DNA of 64,000 bases from an uncultured Planctomycetia bacterium (lineage in GTDB: Bacteria > Omnitrophota > Gorgyraeia > 2-01-FULL-45-10 > JAHFGN01), in assembly GCA_964354545.1 (NCBI GenBank), contig CAYHAE010000001.1, forward strand, positions 364 through 64,363, in the 5' to 3' direction. Of the stretch, positions 1-10,691 are shown piece after piece (the first letter of the stretch is position 1; each line of letters starts with the position of its first letter). Under the pieces are notes generated by a model, which was not told where the DNA came from, ran no database searches, and saw nothing but the letters and a program-made list of their open reading frames with translations. Made by a program: the position numbers and the translations under genes.

Positions 1-2
1 TG

Positions 3-632
3 AAGACTGTTGAGACAGAAGGCGGAGAGGCCCTCCCGTCGTTCAAGAGTACGATCGCGGAGCTCTTCGCATCCTGGCAGGGGAGGAGCATCGTCACGCT
101 TAATATAGAGGCGATCGCCCGCACCATCGCATCGAGGTATCCCGACGCGAAAGATGTTATTGTGAGACGCATGTTTCCCGACAGGTTGTCGGTATCGATT
201 CGCTTGAGGAAGCCCGCTGCCCTCGTCGGCAACGATAAGTATTATCCGGTTGACAGGGACGGCGTCATCTTCCCTCACGCAGACCCTTCTCAATGGCAGA
301 AGCTCCCCGTGATCGTGGGCGTGCACATAAAGGAATCGGACAAGGTCGGTACGAGGTGCGAGTCGGCGTCCCTGCAGATTGCCCTAAAGCTCATCGCCGA
401 AATGGAAAGGTCGAAGATCTCGTCCGACTATATCGTCACCACTATCGACGTGTCGGATCCAAAGAACGTCTCTTTCTTTTTAGAGGACGGCGTCGAGGTC
501 AAAATAGGCCATGAGAATTTCAAAGGGCGCTTAGAGAGCCTGGCCCAAACGTTAAAGAATCCCCGGCTCATTATGAGCCGCATAAAATATCTCGACCTGA
601 GGTTTAAGGACATTGTGATAGGGCAAAAATAG
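3..632 (+). CDS. ftsQ: Cell division protein FtsQ/DivIB, 5'-truncated by window edge
   Basis: Frame open from base 3; POTRA-end motif VRRMFPDRLSVSI and C-terminal YLDLRF; directly upstream of ftsA. Confidence 0.85.
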   Translation, partial: KTVETEGGEALPSFKSTIAELFASWQGRSIVTLNIEAIARTIASRYPDAKDVIVRRMFPDRLSVSIRLRKPAALVGNDKYYPVDRDGVIFPHADPSQWQKLPVIVGVHIKESDKVGTRCESASLQIALKLIAEMERSKISSDYIVTTIDVSDPKNVSFFLEDGVEVKIGHENFKGRLESLAQTLKNPRLIMSRIKYLDLRFKDIVIGQK

Positions 633-1717
633 TGAAAAAATCTACCGTGATTACGGGGTTGGACATAGGGTCCTCAAAGATCTGCGCCGTATCGGGCGAG
701 GTCGGTTCGGACGGGGCGTGCTCCCTCCTCGGCGTCACCACGGTCCCTTCCCGCGGGGTGGAGCGCGGTACGGTTACCGATCTCAATTCAGCTGTGGAAT
801 CGGTGTCGAGGGCGCTCGAGCGGCTTGAAGAGAGGACCGCGCGGAAGATAGAGGACATTTACGTCAATGTGAGCGGCAGGTCCATAATGGCGCAGAAGGC
901 GCGCGGCATGGTGTCCCTCTCAATGAGCGGCAGGGAGATCACGGAAGAGGATATGAGGCGATGTGTCAACGTTGCGAGCACGATGAGGCTGCCGTTCGAG
1001 AGCGAGATCGTTCATAAGATCACACATTCGTACCTCATAGACGATCAGACTGAATCAAGGAACCCCTTGGGGCTGTACGGCTCACGGCTCGCGGTTGAGA
1101 TCTACGTCATCACCGCGGGCCTCAACCACATACAGAACCTCCACAAGGTCATCAATAACTGCGGCTACGAGGTCAAAGAAGCTGTCTTTTCGGCCCTTGC
1201 GGATACATACAGCCTCTTCGATGACGAAGAGAGGGGAGCGGACGTCGCGCTGGTGGACATCGGCAGCTCCCTCACGGAGATCGCCCTGTGCGAAGAAGGT
1301 GTCGTGAGGTACGTTGAGGTCGTTCCTGCAGGTGCGTCAGACATTCAGGGCAGGCTCGACAAGTGCCCGCCTTTCGACAGTATCGTGGACCGGGTCCGGA
1401 AGGCGTTGGATGACTCCGAAGGACGAGGGCGCGGTAAAGGCTTCCGTGCGAGGTCCGTTATCGTCGCAGGCGGGGGGTCTCTTATGGATGGAGCGGTCGA
1501 GGCCTTTGAGTCGGCCCTCGGGATCCCGGCGAGACCCGGAGTCGTGAAGCACCTCCTGGGGAACGCCTCCTCCGCAGACAGCATTATCGCCACGACAGCC
1601 ATGGGCCTTGTGAGGTACGGGTTCGAGAGACAGACCCCTGGCGTAAGGATCCGGCCAAAGAACCTAGTCAAGCGCCTTTCGTCAACGGTCGTTGACATAT
1701 TCAATAACTACTTCTAG
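632..1717 (+). CDS. ftsA: Cell division protein FtsA, internally shortened (361 aa)
   Basis: GLDIGSSKI phosphate-1, SRGVERGTVTD, 1C domain with NPLGLYGSRL, VDIGSSLTEI, AGGGSL, C-terminal amphipathic helix (LVKRLSSTVVDIFNNYF). Confidence 0.9.
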   Translation: MKKSTVITGLDIGSSKICAVSGEVGSDGACSLLGVTTVPSRGVERGTVTDLNSAVESVSRALERLEERTARKIEDIYVNVSGRSIMAQKARGMVSLSMSGREITEEDMRRCVNVASTMRLPFESEIVHKITHSYLIDDQTESRNPLGLYGSRLAVEIYVITAGLNHIQNLHKVINNCGYEVKEAVFSALADTYSLFDDEERGADVALVDIGSSLTEIALCEEGVVRYVEVVPAGASDIQGRLDKCPPFDSIVDRVRKALDDSEGRGRGKGFRARSVIVAGGGSLMDGAVEAFESALGIPARPGVVKHLLGNASSADSIIATTAMGLVRYGFERQTPGVRIRPKNLVKRLSSTVVDIFNNYF

Positions 1718-1827
1718 GCCCCCGCCATATCCGCTCCCGCGCCTTCGGTCCCCACATATCCGGCACCATTCGACACGAATCAGCGGCGCACGAATGTAAT
1801 ATTATCATAGTTACGTCACAGTCTCCT

Positions 1828-1916
1828 AAATCCGAAATCCGAATATCGTCCGCCAAAGGCGGACGGATTTTGTGCTTCGGATTTGTTTCGAATTTCGGAT
1901 TTCGAGTTTCGAATTT
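1828..1916. repeat. Inverted heptamer arrays (AAATCCG)n / (TTCGRAT)n enclosing hairpin CGTCCGCC-AAA-GGCGGACG
   Basis: Read directly: aaatccg aaatccg aatatcg ... ttcgaat ttcggat ttcgagt ttcgaat; hairpin 1847-1865. Confidence 0.8.
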
Positions 1917-2017
1917 AAACCTATAGCGGACACCGTAACGCCTCATTTCAAATGGTACGCCACCGGCGTACGAAGGCCTTGCTTTTTACATATATTTGTG
2001 ATAATCTCATAGGTCGC

Positions 2018-2695
2018 ATGATAAGGGAAAATATTGAGGCAGTGAAGGCCCGCATTGCGCGCGCATCGGCGCGGTGCGGCCGGGACCCGCACAGCGTGAA
2101 GCTCGTGTGCGTCACAAAGAATGTGCCGGTCGATGGGATAGAAGAGGTCCTTGCCCTTGGGGTGGAAGATATCGGCGAGAGCCGGGTCCAGGAGGCGGTC
2201 CTCAAACATGGGCGCATCGGGACCAGAGCGGTGTGGCATCTCATAGGGCACCTTCAGACGAACAAGGTGAGGGGTGCGCCGGCGATATTCTCTCTCATTC
2301 ATTCGCTCGATTCCGAAAGGCTCGCGAAGGCCGTGGACAGCGAGGCGCGCACGGGTGGTAAGGTGCAGGACGCATTGGTAGAAGTGAATATATCAGGCGA
2401 GAGCCAGAAATACGGCTTACGGCCTGAAGACGTTCCTGATTTTATCGATACCCTGACCTCCTTTTCCAATCTTCGTGTCGTGGGCCTCATGGGGATAGCG
2501 CCCATCGTTTCACGCCCGGAGCACGCGAGGCCGTATTTCAGGACCCTTAAAGAGATATTTGATGCGGCAGGGGCAGGGCGGATGCCGAACGTTGAGATGA
2601 AGTATCTCTCCATGGGCATGAGCCAGGATTTTGAGGTTGCGATTGAGGAAGGCGCGAACATCGTGAGGATAGGGACGGCGATATTCGGTGAATGA
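2018..2695 (+). CDS. yggS: PLP homeostasis protein YggS/PROSC
   Basis: LVCVTKN, GESRVQE, WHLIGHLQTNK, LSMGMSQDFEVAIEEGANIVRIGTAIFG; ATG 2018 preferred over 1952. Confidence 0.95.
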   Translation: MIRENIEAVKARIARASARCGRDPHSVKLVCVTKNVPVDGIEEVLALGVEDIGESRVQEAVLKHGRIGTRAVWHLIGHLQTNKVRGAPAIFSLIHSLDSERLAKAVDSEARTGGKVQDALVEVNISGESQKYGLRPEDVPDFIDTLTSFSNLRVVGLMGIAPIVSRPEHARPYFRTLKEIFDAAGAGRMPNVEMKYLSMGMSQDFEVAIEEGANIVRIGTAIFGE

Positions 2696-2735
2696 ATTGT
2701 GAAGACCGCTGTGCGCGGAGGTTAGCATAGTTACG

Positions 2736-3551
2736 ATGCCTGCATCAAAAATACGGCTTGGGATAATCGGGTACGGGAATATGGGGGAGGCGATCGTCCG
2801 CCGCCTGCGGGAGACAGCATCCCGGAATTTTTCGATTGCCGTGAGCGAACGAAACCCCAAAAAAAGGAAACGGGTTCAGGCAAGGTACGGGGTGCGGATT
2901 ATCCGGGATAATGCCTCCCTTGCAAGAACATGCGAGGTGATCGTCCTCGCCGTGAAACCTCATGACATCGACGGAGTGCTCCGTGAGATCTCGGGTCCGC
3001 ACCTTGCCTCAAGGCTTATCATATCGATTGCAGCAGGGGTGACTACGCGGAGGATAGAAGGCCTTCTCAAGGCCAGAGCGCCTGTCGTGAGAGGGATGCC
3101 CAACATGCCCGCGCTCGTAGGGGAAGGTATATCGGCGATGTGCGGGGGCAGGTTCGCGAAGGCCCCGCACTTAAAGATAGCGAGGGCCGTCTTCTCGTCC
3201 ATAGGCGATGTGGTGGAGATAGGCGAGGCCTCTATGGATGCGGTGACGGCGGTAAGCGGAAGCGGGCCGGCGTACTTTTTCTATCTCGTCCAGTGCATCA
3301 TCGAGGCGGCAAAGGAGATGGGCCTTCGCGAACGAGACGCGGCAGAGCTCGCGGTAAAGACCGCCCTCGGCAGTGCGCACGTCCTGGACAAGACAGGAGA
3401 ATCCCCCGAGGCCTTGCGGCGCAGGGTGGCGTCGAAGGGCGGAACGACAGAGGCGGCATTTAAGGTATTTGAGTCGAAGGGTCTCAAGGGCATCGTGAAG
3501 GCAGGGGTGAAGGCTGCCCGGGACAGGGCGAGGGAATTGAACGCGAAGTGA
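2736..3551 (+). CDS. proC: Pyrroline-5-carboxylate reductase
   Basis: IIGYGNMG, LAVKP, MPNMPA, TAVSGSGPAYF, SKGGTTEAA. Confidence 0.97.
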   Translation: MPASKIRLGIIGYGNMGEAIVRRLRETASRNFSIAVSERNPKKRKRVQARYGVRIIRDNASLARTCEVIVLAVKPHDIDGVLREISGPHLASRLIISIAAGVTTRRIEGLLKARAPVVRGMPNMPALVGEGISAMCGGRFAKAPHLKIARAVFSSIGDVVEIGEASMDAVTAVSGSGPAYFFYLVQCIIEAAKEMGLRERDAAELAVKTALGSAHVLDKTGESPEALRRRVASKGGTTEAAFKVFESKGLKGIVKAGVKAARDRARELNAK

Positions 3552-3575
3552 AAAAAGAGCGAAAAGCGCAATTTT

Positions 3576-3681
3576 TAGCGTATAGCGGTTAGTAAAATGG
3601 AGCTGACGGTAGAGTGATATACCAAGGTTTTTCACTATGCGCGCTATACGCTAAACGCTATACGCTGACCGCTAAACGCTC
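3576..3681. repeat. Inverted heptamer arrays (TAGCGTA)n ... (TACGCTA)n
   Basis: tagcgta tagcggt tag ... tacgcta aacgcta tacgctg accgcta aacgctc; same family at 61753/62163. Confidence 0.8.
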
Positions 3682-3703
3682 GATAACCAACGGCAGGTGA
3701 TAC

Positions 3704-4003
3704 ATGTTCGTCCTCGGCAATTTCGTAAGCGCAGTCGCGGTGATCGTGAATTATGCGTTCATTGTGCTGAATTGGCTTATCATCATCCGGGCACTCATAA
3801 GCTGGGTCAATCCGGACCCCTATAATTTGATCGTGCAGTTCCTCTATGCGACCACGGAGCCGATATTAGAGCCATTCAGGAGGATCGTGCCGACCTATCG
3901 TATCGGCATCGATCTCTCGCCGATCCTTGCCATCGTCGTCATCTGGTTCCTCCAGCGTTTTCTTGTGAAGACATTGTTCGACATCGCGGCGAGGCTCTCG
4001 TGA
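3704..4003 (+). CDS. yggT: YggT family membrane protein
   Basis: IIIRALISWVNPDPYN...TEPILEPFRR...IDLSPI. Confidence 0.95.
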   Translation: MFVLGNFVSAVAVIVNYAFIVLNWLIIIRALISWVNPDPYNLIVQFLYATTEPILEPFRRIVPTYRIGIDLSPILAIVVIWFLQRFLVKTLFDIAARLS

Positions 4004-4218
4004 AGTACGCGGTGACCGTCCGACCGCGCTCCTCGCAGGATAAGGTGGTGAGAAATTCGGACGGCACGCTGAAGGTCTATGTGAGAGCGGCGCCGGTGGA
4101 CGGGAAGGCGAACGAGCGCGTCCGGGAGGTCCTCGCGGATGATTTCGGCGTGAGCAAGTCCGCGGTGAAGATCGTGAGAGGAGAGCGGTCAAAAGAGAAG
4201 GTGGTAGAAATATGGTGA
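4000..4218 (+). CDS. DUF167 (YggU/UPF0235) protein
   Basis: VRAAPVDGKANE, FGVSKSAVKIVRGERSKEK. Confidence 0.9.
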   Translation: MKYAVTVRPRSSQDKVVRNSDGTLKVYVRAAPVDGKANERVREVLADDFGVSKSAVKIVRGERSKEKVVEIW

Positions 4219-5087
4219 AGGGAAAGATCGGGATCATTGGCGGGAGCGGCCTGTACGATATCGAGGGAATAGAGAACGTGAGGAGCGTGAGGGTGGAGAC
4301 CCCTTTCGGCTTCCCTTCAGATGAGTACACGATCGGGACGCTCGAGGGCAGGGACGTTGTCTTTCTGCCCCGGCATGACAAGGCCCACAGGCTGCTCCCG
4401 AGCGAGGTCAACTACAGGGCCAATATCTACGGCATGAAGAAGCTCGGCGTGGAGAGGATCATCTCCATCTCTGCGGTGGGAAGCCTGAGGAAAGAGCTGA
4501 AGCCGCTCGACATCGTGGTGCCTGACCAGTTCGTCGACAGGACGAATCAGGCGCGGCAGATGACGTTCTTCGGCGGCGGCATCGCGGCCCACATCGCCTT
4601 TGCAGAACCCGTCTGTCCCGTGCTCGCGAAGACGCTCGTCGAATGCGGGAGGTCTGTCGGGGCGACGATGCACGAGAAGGGTACCTACATCAATATGGAA
4701 GGGCCTGCGTTCTCGACAAAGGCGGAATCGTACCTCTACAAGAAGATCTGGGGGATGGACGTCATCGGCATGACGAATATGCCCGAGGCAAAGCTCTCGA
4801 GGGAGGCGGAGATATGTTATGCGACGCTCGCGTGTGTCACCGATTACGACTGCTGGCATCTGGACGAGACAGTCAAGAGCGTATCGATCGACCTCATCAT
4901 ACAGAACCTGCGCAAGAACGTCGAGGTGTCAAAGAGGATAGTAAAAGAGGCCGTCCGGAGGATCCCCGAGGGGAGGGACTGCCTCTGCGCGACGGCGCTC
5001 GAGAATGCGATCGTGACCGCACGCGACAAGATCTCGCCTCAGGTGAAGAAGCGGCTGGACATCATCATTGGACGATACGTCGACTAG
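4212..5087 (+). CDS. mtnP: S-methyl-5'-thioadenosine phosphorylase
   Basis: [41 protein letters not shown]. Confidence 0.95.
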   Translation: MVKGKIGIIGGSGLYDIEGIENVRSVRVETPFGFPSDEYTIGTLEGRDVVFLPRHDKAHRLLPSEVNYRANIYGMKKLGVERIISISAVGSLRKELKPLDIVVPDQFVDRTNQARQMTFFGGGIAAHIAFAEPVCPVLAKTLVECGRSVGATMHEKGTYINMEGPAFSTKAESYLYKKIWGMDVIGMTNMPEAKLSREAEICYATLACVTDYDCWHLDETVKSVSIDLIIQNLRKNVEVSKRIVKEAVRRIPEGRDCLCATALENAIVTARDKISPQVKKRLDIIIGRYVD

Positions 5088-5103
5088 AGGACTACTAAAG
5101 GCC

Positions 5104-7899
5104 ATGGACTACAAGGGTACCCTTAATCTGCCGAGAACGGACTTTCCGATGAAAGCGGACCTCCCGAACCGCGAGCCGAAGATCCTGAAGCGGTGGGAGC
5201 AGATTGACGTATACCGTCTTATCAGGCAGCGCGCAAAGGGCTCGAAGAAGTTCGTGCTGCACGACGGCCCCCCGTACGCGAACGGCGATATCCACATGGG
5301 CCACGCGCTGAACAAGATCTTGAAGGACATCGTGGTGAAATACAAGACGATGCGCGGGTTCGACTCGCCCTATGTGCCCGGCTGGGACTGCCATGGACTT
5401 CCCGTTGAGCACCAGCTCTTCAAAGAGCTGAAGATGACAAAGTACGACATCGACCAGGTCGAATTCAGAAAGAAGGCATACGATTACGCGATGAAGTACG
5501 TGGAGATACAGAAGGCCCAGTTCAAAAGGCTCGGCGTCTTCGGCGACTGGGAGAGGCCGTACCTGACCCTGTCGAAGGGCTACGAAGCGGATATCGTTCG
5601 ATCCTTCGGAAGTCTCGTCAGGGACGGGTACATCTACAGGGACCTTAAACCGGTGAACTGGTGCGCGACGTGCGAGACCGCGCTCGCAGAGGCAGAGGTC
5701 GAATACGAGGATAAGACCTCGCCGTCGATCTATGTGAGGTTCAGGCTGAAGCGCGAACATGGCGCCGGGTTGGATCCGCGGTTTGCGGAGGACCGGATCT
5801 ATTTTGTCATCTGGACCACGACGCCGTGGACGCTCCTCGCGAACGTGGCGGTCGCGGTACACCCCGCGCATGAGTACGTCGTCGTGCGTCCCCGCGCCGG
5901 GGAGCTGTATGTGGCGGCGAAGGGCCTCCTCGAAGCGACGATGGCGAAACTGGGCGTGAAAGAGTTCAAGGTCGAGAAGACGGTAAAGGGAAGGGGCCTT
6001 GACGGGCTCGAATGCATGCATCCGTTCATCGATCGGCCCTCGAAGGTCGTCCTCGCAGAGTACGTTTCCATGGAAGAGGGGACAGGGTGCGTCCACACTG
6101 CACCGGGGCACGGCCAGGAGGACTACCTTACGGGTAAGAAATACAATCTCTCCACGATCATGCCGGTCGACTCCAGAGGCAGGTTTGACTCGACATGCGG
6201 CGAGTTCAGCGGCATGCATGTTGATAAGGCTAACGGCGCCATCATCCAAAAGCTGAAGGGATCAGGCGAGCTGTTGCATGATGAAGCAGTGAGCCACTCG
6301 TATCCTCACTGTTGGAGGTGCAAAAAGCCGATCATATTTCGGGCGACGGAGCAGTACTTTATGAACGTCGACCACAGGGCCCTGAGGGGCCGGCTGCTCG
6401 ATTCTATACGCGGAGGGGTGAAATGGATCCCTTCGCAGGGCGAGGCGAGGATACGAGCGATGGTCGAATCGAGGCCCGACTGGTGCCTTTCCAGACAGAG
6501 GTACTGGGGTGTGCCTATCGTCGCGTTCCGCTGCGAGAATCCGCAGTGCAAAGAGGTGCTGCTGGACCACGACGTTATAGAGCACGTCGTAGCCATGGTC
6601 GAGCGCGAAGGTTCTGACATCTGGTTTTCGAAGACAGCCGAAGAGATGCTGCCCGAGGGTGCCCGCTGCAAGAAGTGCGGTTCAACGAAATGCGCAAAAG
6701 AGGACGACATCATCGACGTCTGGTTCGATTCAGGGGTGAGCCACCAGGCGGTGTTGAAGAGGAACGGGGACCTCGACTATCCATGCGAGCTGTATCTCGA
6801 AGGGTCCGACCAGCACCGAGGGTGGTTCCAATCCGCCCTCATCACCTCCATGGCGATCGACGGTATCCCGCCCTACAGGACCGTCCTCACTCATGGGTTC
6901 GTCGTCGACGGCGAAGGCAAGAAGATGTCGAAGTCCCTGGGGAACGTTATATCGCCCCAGGAGGTGATGAGGCGGTATGGCGCTGACATCCTGAGGCTCT
7001 GGGTCGCGTCGAGCGACTATTCCGAAGACGTGAGGCTCTCCGATGAGATACTCACGAGGCTCGCCGACGCGTATCGTAAGATCCGCAATACCTATAAATA
7101 CCTCTTGAGCAACCTCTATGATTTCGACCCTGACGCGGATGGCGTGGGCCGCGAAGACATGGTAGACCTCGACAGGTGGATGCTCTCCAGGCTCAGCCTC
7201 CTCATACGGGAGACGGCGGGATACTACGAAGAGTACGCGTTCCATAAGATTTTCAAGAGCGTCTACAGTTTTTGCATATACGAAATTTCATCGATTTATC
7301 TGGACGTCCTAAAAGATAGGATGTATACTTTCAGGGCGAACTCGAGAGAGCGGAGGTCCGGCCAGACCGCGAGCCACGCGGTGCTCGTCAACCTTCTGAA
7401 GATAATGGCCCCGATCATGCCGTTCACGTGCGACGAGGCGTGGGGCTACCTCAGGGTGAAAAATAAGGCAGAGACCATCCACGCGGAGCGATGGCCTGAC
7501 GAGAAAGAGTATTCCGCGTGGTCCGATGAGGGCCTCCTCGCAACATGGAATGTGCTGCTGGAAACGAGGGAGAAGGTCCTCAAGGCCCTTGAGGAAAAGC
7601 GCCAGGCAGGTGAGATCGGGAGCGGCCTCGAAGCGCGGATCGTCCTCTCGTCGCGCGACGGGAAGATCGCGGCCCTTTTGGAAAAGTACAGGGCGCAGCT
7701 TCCGTACCTGTTTATAGTCTCCCAATTGGAACTCGTTGCGCCGCAAGGCGCGGCGGGGAGCGGGGAGGAGAAGGTCTCTGTCCTCGTAGAGCGTGCGCAT
7801 GGCAAGAAATGCGAGAGGTGCTGGAATTGGAGCGATTCCGTGGGACACAGCGCGCGTCATCCGACGATCTGCTCGCGATGCGTGAGCGCGATAGAATAA
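5104..7899 (+). CDS. ileS: Isoleucyl-tRNA synthetase (type 1)
   Basis: [39 protein letters not shown]-terminal CERCW...CSRC zinc finger; start at MDYK. Confidence 0.98.
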   Translation: MDYKGTLNLPRTDFPMKADLPNREPKILKRWEQIDVYRLIRQRAKGSKKFVLHDGPPYANGDIHMGHALNKILKDIVVKYKTMRGFDSPYVPGWDCHGLPVEHQLFKELKMTKYDIDQVEFRKKAYDYAMKYVEIQKAQFKRLGVFGDWERPYLTLSKGYEADIVRSFGSLVRDGYIYRDLKPVNWCATCETALAEAEVEYEDKTSPSIYVRFRLKREHGAGLDPRFAEDRIYFVIWTTTPWTLLANVAVAVHPAHEYVVVRPRAGELYVAAKGLLEATMAKLGVKEFKVEKTVKGRGLDGLECMHPFIDRPSKVVLAEYVSMEEGTGCVHTAPGHGQEDYLTGKKYNLSTIMPVDSRGRFDSTCGEFSGMHVDKANGAIIQKLKGSGELLHDEAVSHSYPHCWRCKKPIIFRATEQYFMNVDHRALRGRLLDSIRGGVKWIPSQGEARIRAMVESRPDWCLSRQRYWGVPIVAFRCENPQCKEVLLDHDVIEHVVAMVEREGSDIWFSKTAEEMLPEGARCKKCGSTKCAKEDDIIDVWFDSGVSHQAVLKRNGDLDYPCELYLEGSDQHRGWFQSALITSMAIDGIPPYRTVLTHGFVVDGEGKKMSKSLGNVISPQEVMRRYGADILRLWVASSDYSEDVRLSDEILTRLADAYRKIRNTYKYLLSNLYDFDPDADGVGREDMVDLDRWMLSRLSLLIRETAGYYEEYAFHKIFKSVYSFCIYEISSIYLDVLKDRMYTFRANSRERRSGQTASHAVLVNLLKIMAPIMPFTCDEAWGYLRVKNKAETIHAERWPDEKEYSAWSDEGLLATWNVLLETREKVLKALEEKRQAGEIGSGLEARIVLSSRDGKIAALLEKYRAQLPYLFIVSQLELVAPQGAAGSGEEKVSVLVERAHGKKCERCWNWSDSVGHSARHPTICSRCVSAIE

Positions 7900-7952
7900 A
7901 CCCTTCGGCTCATCCCCGGATTTTAAGTAGGGATATTCGCTTAAGGGTTAAC
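7899..7952. repeat. Imperfect palindrome (REP-like) after ileS
   Basis: aacccttcggctc...cgcttaagggtt arms enclosing atccc..gggat. Confidence 0.5.
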
Positions 7953-8042
7953 TGAGCGGCGCACACTTCTCCGTGCCCACGAAGGCACGGTTAGAAATTT
8001 TCGAAGATAATTTCATGCGCCGTCGACGTATAAAGGAGGAAT

Positions 8043-8453
8043 ATGGGAAAGATGAAGAAGATAAAGAAGATGACCAAGCAGGAGATGAAGAAGTACAAGG
8101 AGATGCTCATCAAGGACAGAAGCAGGCTCAACGACGAGCTCTTCAATCTGAAGAAAAACAATATCGATAAATCGCAGCGCGATGCCTCCGGCGAGCTTTC
8201 GGGATACACCTACCACATGGCCGATATGGCGACCGACAATTACGATAGAGACTTTTCGATGGGGATCGCGACCGAGGAGCAGAAGAGGCTCTTCGCAATA
8301 GAGGAGGCCCTCAAACGCATAGAAGAAGGCACATATGGAAATTGCCTCGACTGCGGGAAGAAGATACTGAAGAAACGACTCGACGCAGTCCCCTGCACAG
8401 AGCTCTGCATTGAATGTCAGACGAGTCAAGAGAAGAAGAGACCCAAGAGGTAG
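8043..8453 (+). CDS. TraR/DksA family C4 zinc-finger protein (YteA-like)
   Basis: HMADMATD coiled-coil tip, ALKRIEEGTYGNCLDCG...RLDAVP..LCIEC. Confidence 0.92.
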   Translation: MGKMKKIKKMTKQEMKKYKEMLIKDRSRLNDELFNLKKNNIDKSQRDASGELSGYTYHMADMATDNYDRDFSMGIATEEQKRLFAIEEALKRIEEGTYGNCLDCGKKILKKRLDAVPCTELCIECQTSQEKKRPKR

Positions 8454-8965
8454 CCCCACACGCGCTCGCGACGGGCGATAAGGCCGCCGGTGCGCGTCAC
8501 GTCTTCGAGAGCAAAAAAAGGACGGGTGCTCTCGCGTGCGCGACCGCCTGCGCCATCGTCATTGCTGACAGGATCACGAAAGCGGCCCTGTGCCGCGCGA
8601 TGCATGAGGGGCAGTCCATCCCCATCCTTCCCAAGATATTTCACCTCACGCTCGTGTTCAATAAAGGGATCGCATTCGGACTTTTTGGCGGCAAGGCGTT
8701 CGTATTCGTAGCCGCAGGTGCCGCGATCATCGCCGCGATGGCGGCCTACGCCGCTCGTACGAAGGCCCGCGACGCGCTCACGGGCATATCCTTTGGCCTC
8801 ATCATCGGAGGCGCTTTAGGGAACCTTGTCGACAGGATGCGGTTCGGATACGTGATAGATTTCCTCGATTTTCGCGTCTGGCCGGTGTTTAATATCGCGG
8901 ATAGCTCGATCACAATAGGTGCGATAGCGCTTGCGTGGGGCATGATTGTAAGCAGGGAAGGCTAA
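8414..8965 (+). CDS. lspA: Lipoprotein signal peptidase II (start uncertain)
   Basis: NKGIAFG, GGALGNLVDR, GYVIDF, WPVFNIADS. Confidence 0.95.
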   Translation: MSDESREEETQEVAPHALATGDKAAGARHVFESKKRTGALACATACAIVIADRITKAALCRAMHEGQSIPILPKIFHLTLVFNKGIAFGLFGGKAFVFVAAGAAIIAAMAAYAARTKARDALTGISFGLIIGGALGNLVDRMRFGYVIDFLDFRVWPVFNIADSSITIGAIALAWGMIVSREG

Positions 8966-9051
8966 AGAGCCAGGGACTCGCGCGTAAGGACCCACGGTGC
9001 GGTAGTGCGCTCACGCTGTCGTTTCTGGCACATTTCCCCGGGGATATTTCT

Positions 9052-9810
9052 ATGCACCCAGTCCTCGCGAAGATAGGATCTTTCACGGTCTATTCTTACG
9101 GCGTGATGATCGCCCTCGGTTTCGGGCTCGGGATCTATCTCGCCGCGAGGCGCGCTCATATCTTCGGGGTCACACGGGAAGATCTCCTCGACCTCGCGCT
9201 CTTTATCCTGATAGGGGGTATCGCGGGCGCACGGCTCTTCCATGTGGCGCTCAATTACGATTACTTCAAGTCTCGTCCGCTCGAGGTCATCCTCCTCTCT
9301 CGGGGCGGCCTCGCATACTACGGGGCCTTCGCCGGCGGACTCGCGGCAGGGCTCGTGTTCAAGCTTTGGAAGAAGATCCCGTTTTGGAATACGGCGGACC
9401 TCCTCGCGCCCTATGTCGCATTGGGGCAGTCCATCGGAAGGATCGGCTGCTTCTTGAACGGCTGTTGTTACGGCGGGGCCGCCTCCGACGATTTTCCCCT
9501 AAGGGTCCATTTCCCCCACGACACGGTCGCGCGCCATCCCGTGCAGGCCTATTCATCTCTCATCCTCTTCGCGCTGTTCGTGGCTCTCAGATCGCTCCGG
9601 GAGCGGCGCCGTTTCGCGGGCGAGGTCTTTCTCGCCTATGCGATCGCGTATCCTTTTCAGAGGTTCTTCATAGATTTCTTAAGGGACGATACCCCCAGGG
9701 CCGTGTTCGATCTCACCGTCTCACAGCTCATGAGCGTGCCCTTATTCGCAGCAAGCGTCGTTATCTACCTGCTCCTTTATAGGCGATGGAAAAACACTCG
9801 TTCATTGTAA
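9052..9810 (+). CDS. lgt: Prolipoprotein diacylglyceryl transferase
   Basis: YSYGVM, GARLFH, GGLAYYG, GRIGCFLNGCCYG, HPVQAY. Confidence 0.95.
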   Translation: MHPVLAKIGSFTVYSYGVMIALGFGLGIYLAARRAHIFGVTREDLLDLALFILIGGIAGARLFHVALNYDYFKSRPLEVILLSRGGLAYYGAFAGGLAAGLVFKLWKKIPFWNTADLLAPYVALGQSIGRIGCFLNGCCYGGAASDDFPLRVHFPHDTVARHPVQAYSSLILFALFVALRSLRERRRFAGEVFLAYAIAYPFQRFFIDFLRDDTPRAVFDLTVSQLMSVPLFAASVVIYLLLYRRWKNTRSL

Positions 9811-10691
9811 AAGAAAGCGACGAGGGGATGCGGCTGGATAAGTTCCTTGTCCAGCATCTATCGGGCGACATATCCCGTACTTTTATACAGAGGCTCATAA
9901 AAAGGCTCCGCGTCCGCGTCGACGGGGCCCCGTCCAAGGCCCACCATACCGTCGTGGAACGCGAGGTAGTGGACGTGGAGATACCCGACCCCGAGCACTC
10001 AGCGGCGGGCCCGGAGGCGATGGGTCTCGACGTTGTCTATGAGGACGACGACCTCGTGGTGGTCGATAAGCCCCCCGGCATGGTGGTCCATCCGGCGCCC
10101 GGACATCGCTCCGGGACCCTGGTGAATGCGCTGCTCCACCATTGTAAAGGTACGCTGTCGGGCATAGGGGGGATCTTAAGGCCCGGCATTGTCCACAGGA
10201 TCGACAAGGGGACGTCCGGCCTTCTCGTGGTTGCAAAGAATGACAATGCCCACCACGACCTCGTGCGGCAGTTTAAAGCGAGGACGATCAAGAGGACATA
10301 CGTTGCCATTGTCAAGGGCGCCCTCGAGCTCGATCGGGGCACCATCGAACTGCCCATCGGCCGACACAGGCGGGACAGGAAGAAGATGGATGTTGTCTTC
10401 ACGAAATCAAAGAGCGCGGTGACGCGGTATAGGGTCTTGAGACGGTTCAAGGACAGCACCCTGCTCGAGCTTCAGCTGGGCACAGGCAGGACGCACCAGA
10501 TAAGGGTCCACATGGAGCACCTGGGCCATCCTATAGTCGGCGATGAGAAGTATGGGACCAAGGGAATGCTGGGTCGGCCTGCGCTGCACGCGAAGACGCT
10601 CGGTTTCGTCCACCCGAGGACGCACCGCGCGATGGAGTTCGATGCGCAGGTGCCGGAGGACATGCAGGATTTCATAAAAGCGAGGAGTTGA
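9786..10691 (+). CDS. rluD: RluA/RluD family pseudouridine synthase with S4 domain
   Basis: RLDKFL, DKPPGMVVHPAPG, GIVHRIDKGTSG, TGRTHQIRVH. Confidence 0.93.
   Translation: MEKHSFIVKESDEGMRLDKFLVQHLSGDISRTFIQRLIKRLRVRVDGAPSKAHHTVVEREVVDVEIPDPEHSAAGPEAMGLDVVYEDDDLVVVDKPPGMVVHPAPGHRSGTLVNALLHHCKGTLSGIGGILRPGIVHRIDKGTSGLLVVAKNDNAHHDLVRQFKARTIKRTYVAIVKGALELDRGTIELPIGRHRRDRKKMDVVFTKSKSAVTRYRVLRRFKDSTLLELQLGTGRTHQIRVHMEHLGHPIVGDEKYGTKGMLGRPALHAKTLGFVHPRTHRAMEFDAQVPEDMQDFIKARS

Noticed and set aside
1718-2017. ftsZ pseudogene remnant
   Set aside because: No FtsZ motifs (e.g. GGGTGTG) recognisable; the gap is ~300 bp and partly repeat-filled.
5095-6249. Long antisense ORFs (also 19078-19851, 25495-26613, 59423-60211 and others)
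   Set aside because: Shadow frames of GC-rich, well-identified + strand genes.
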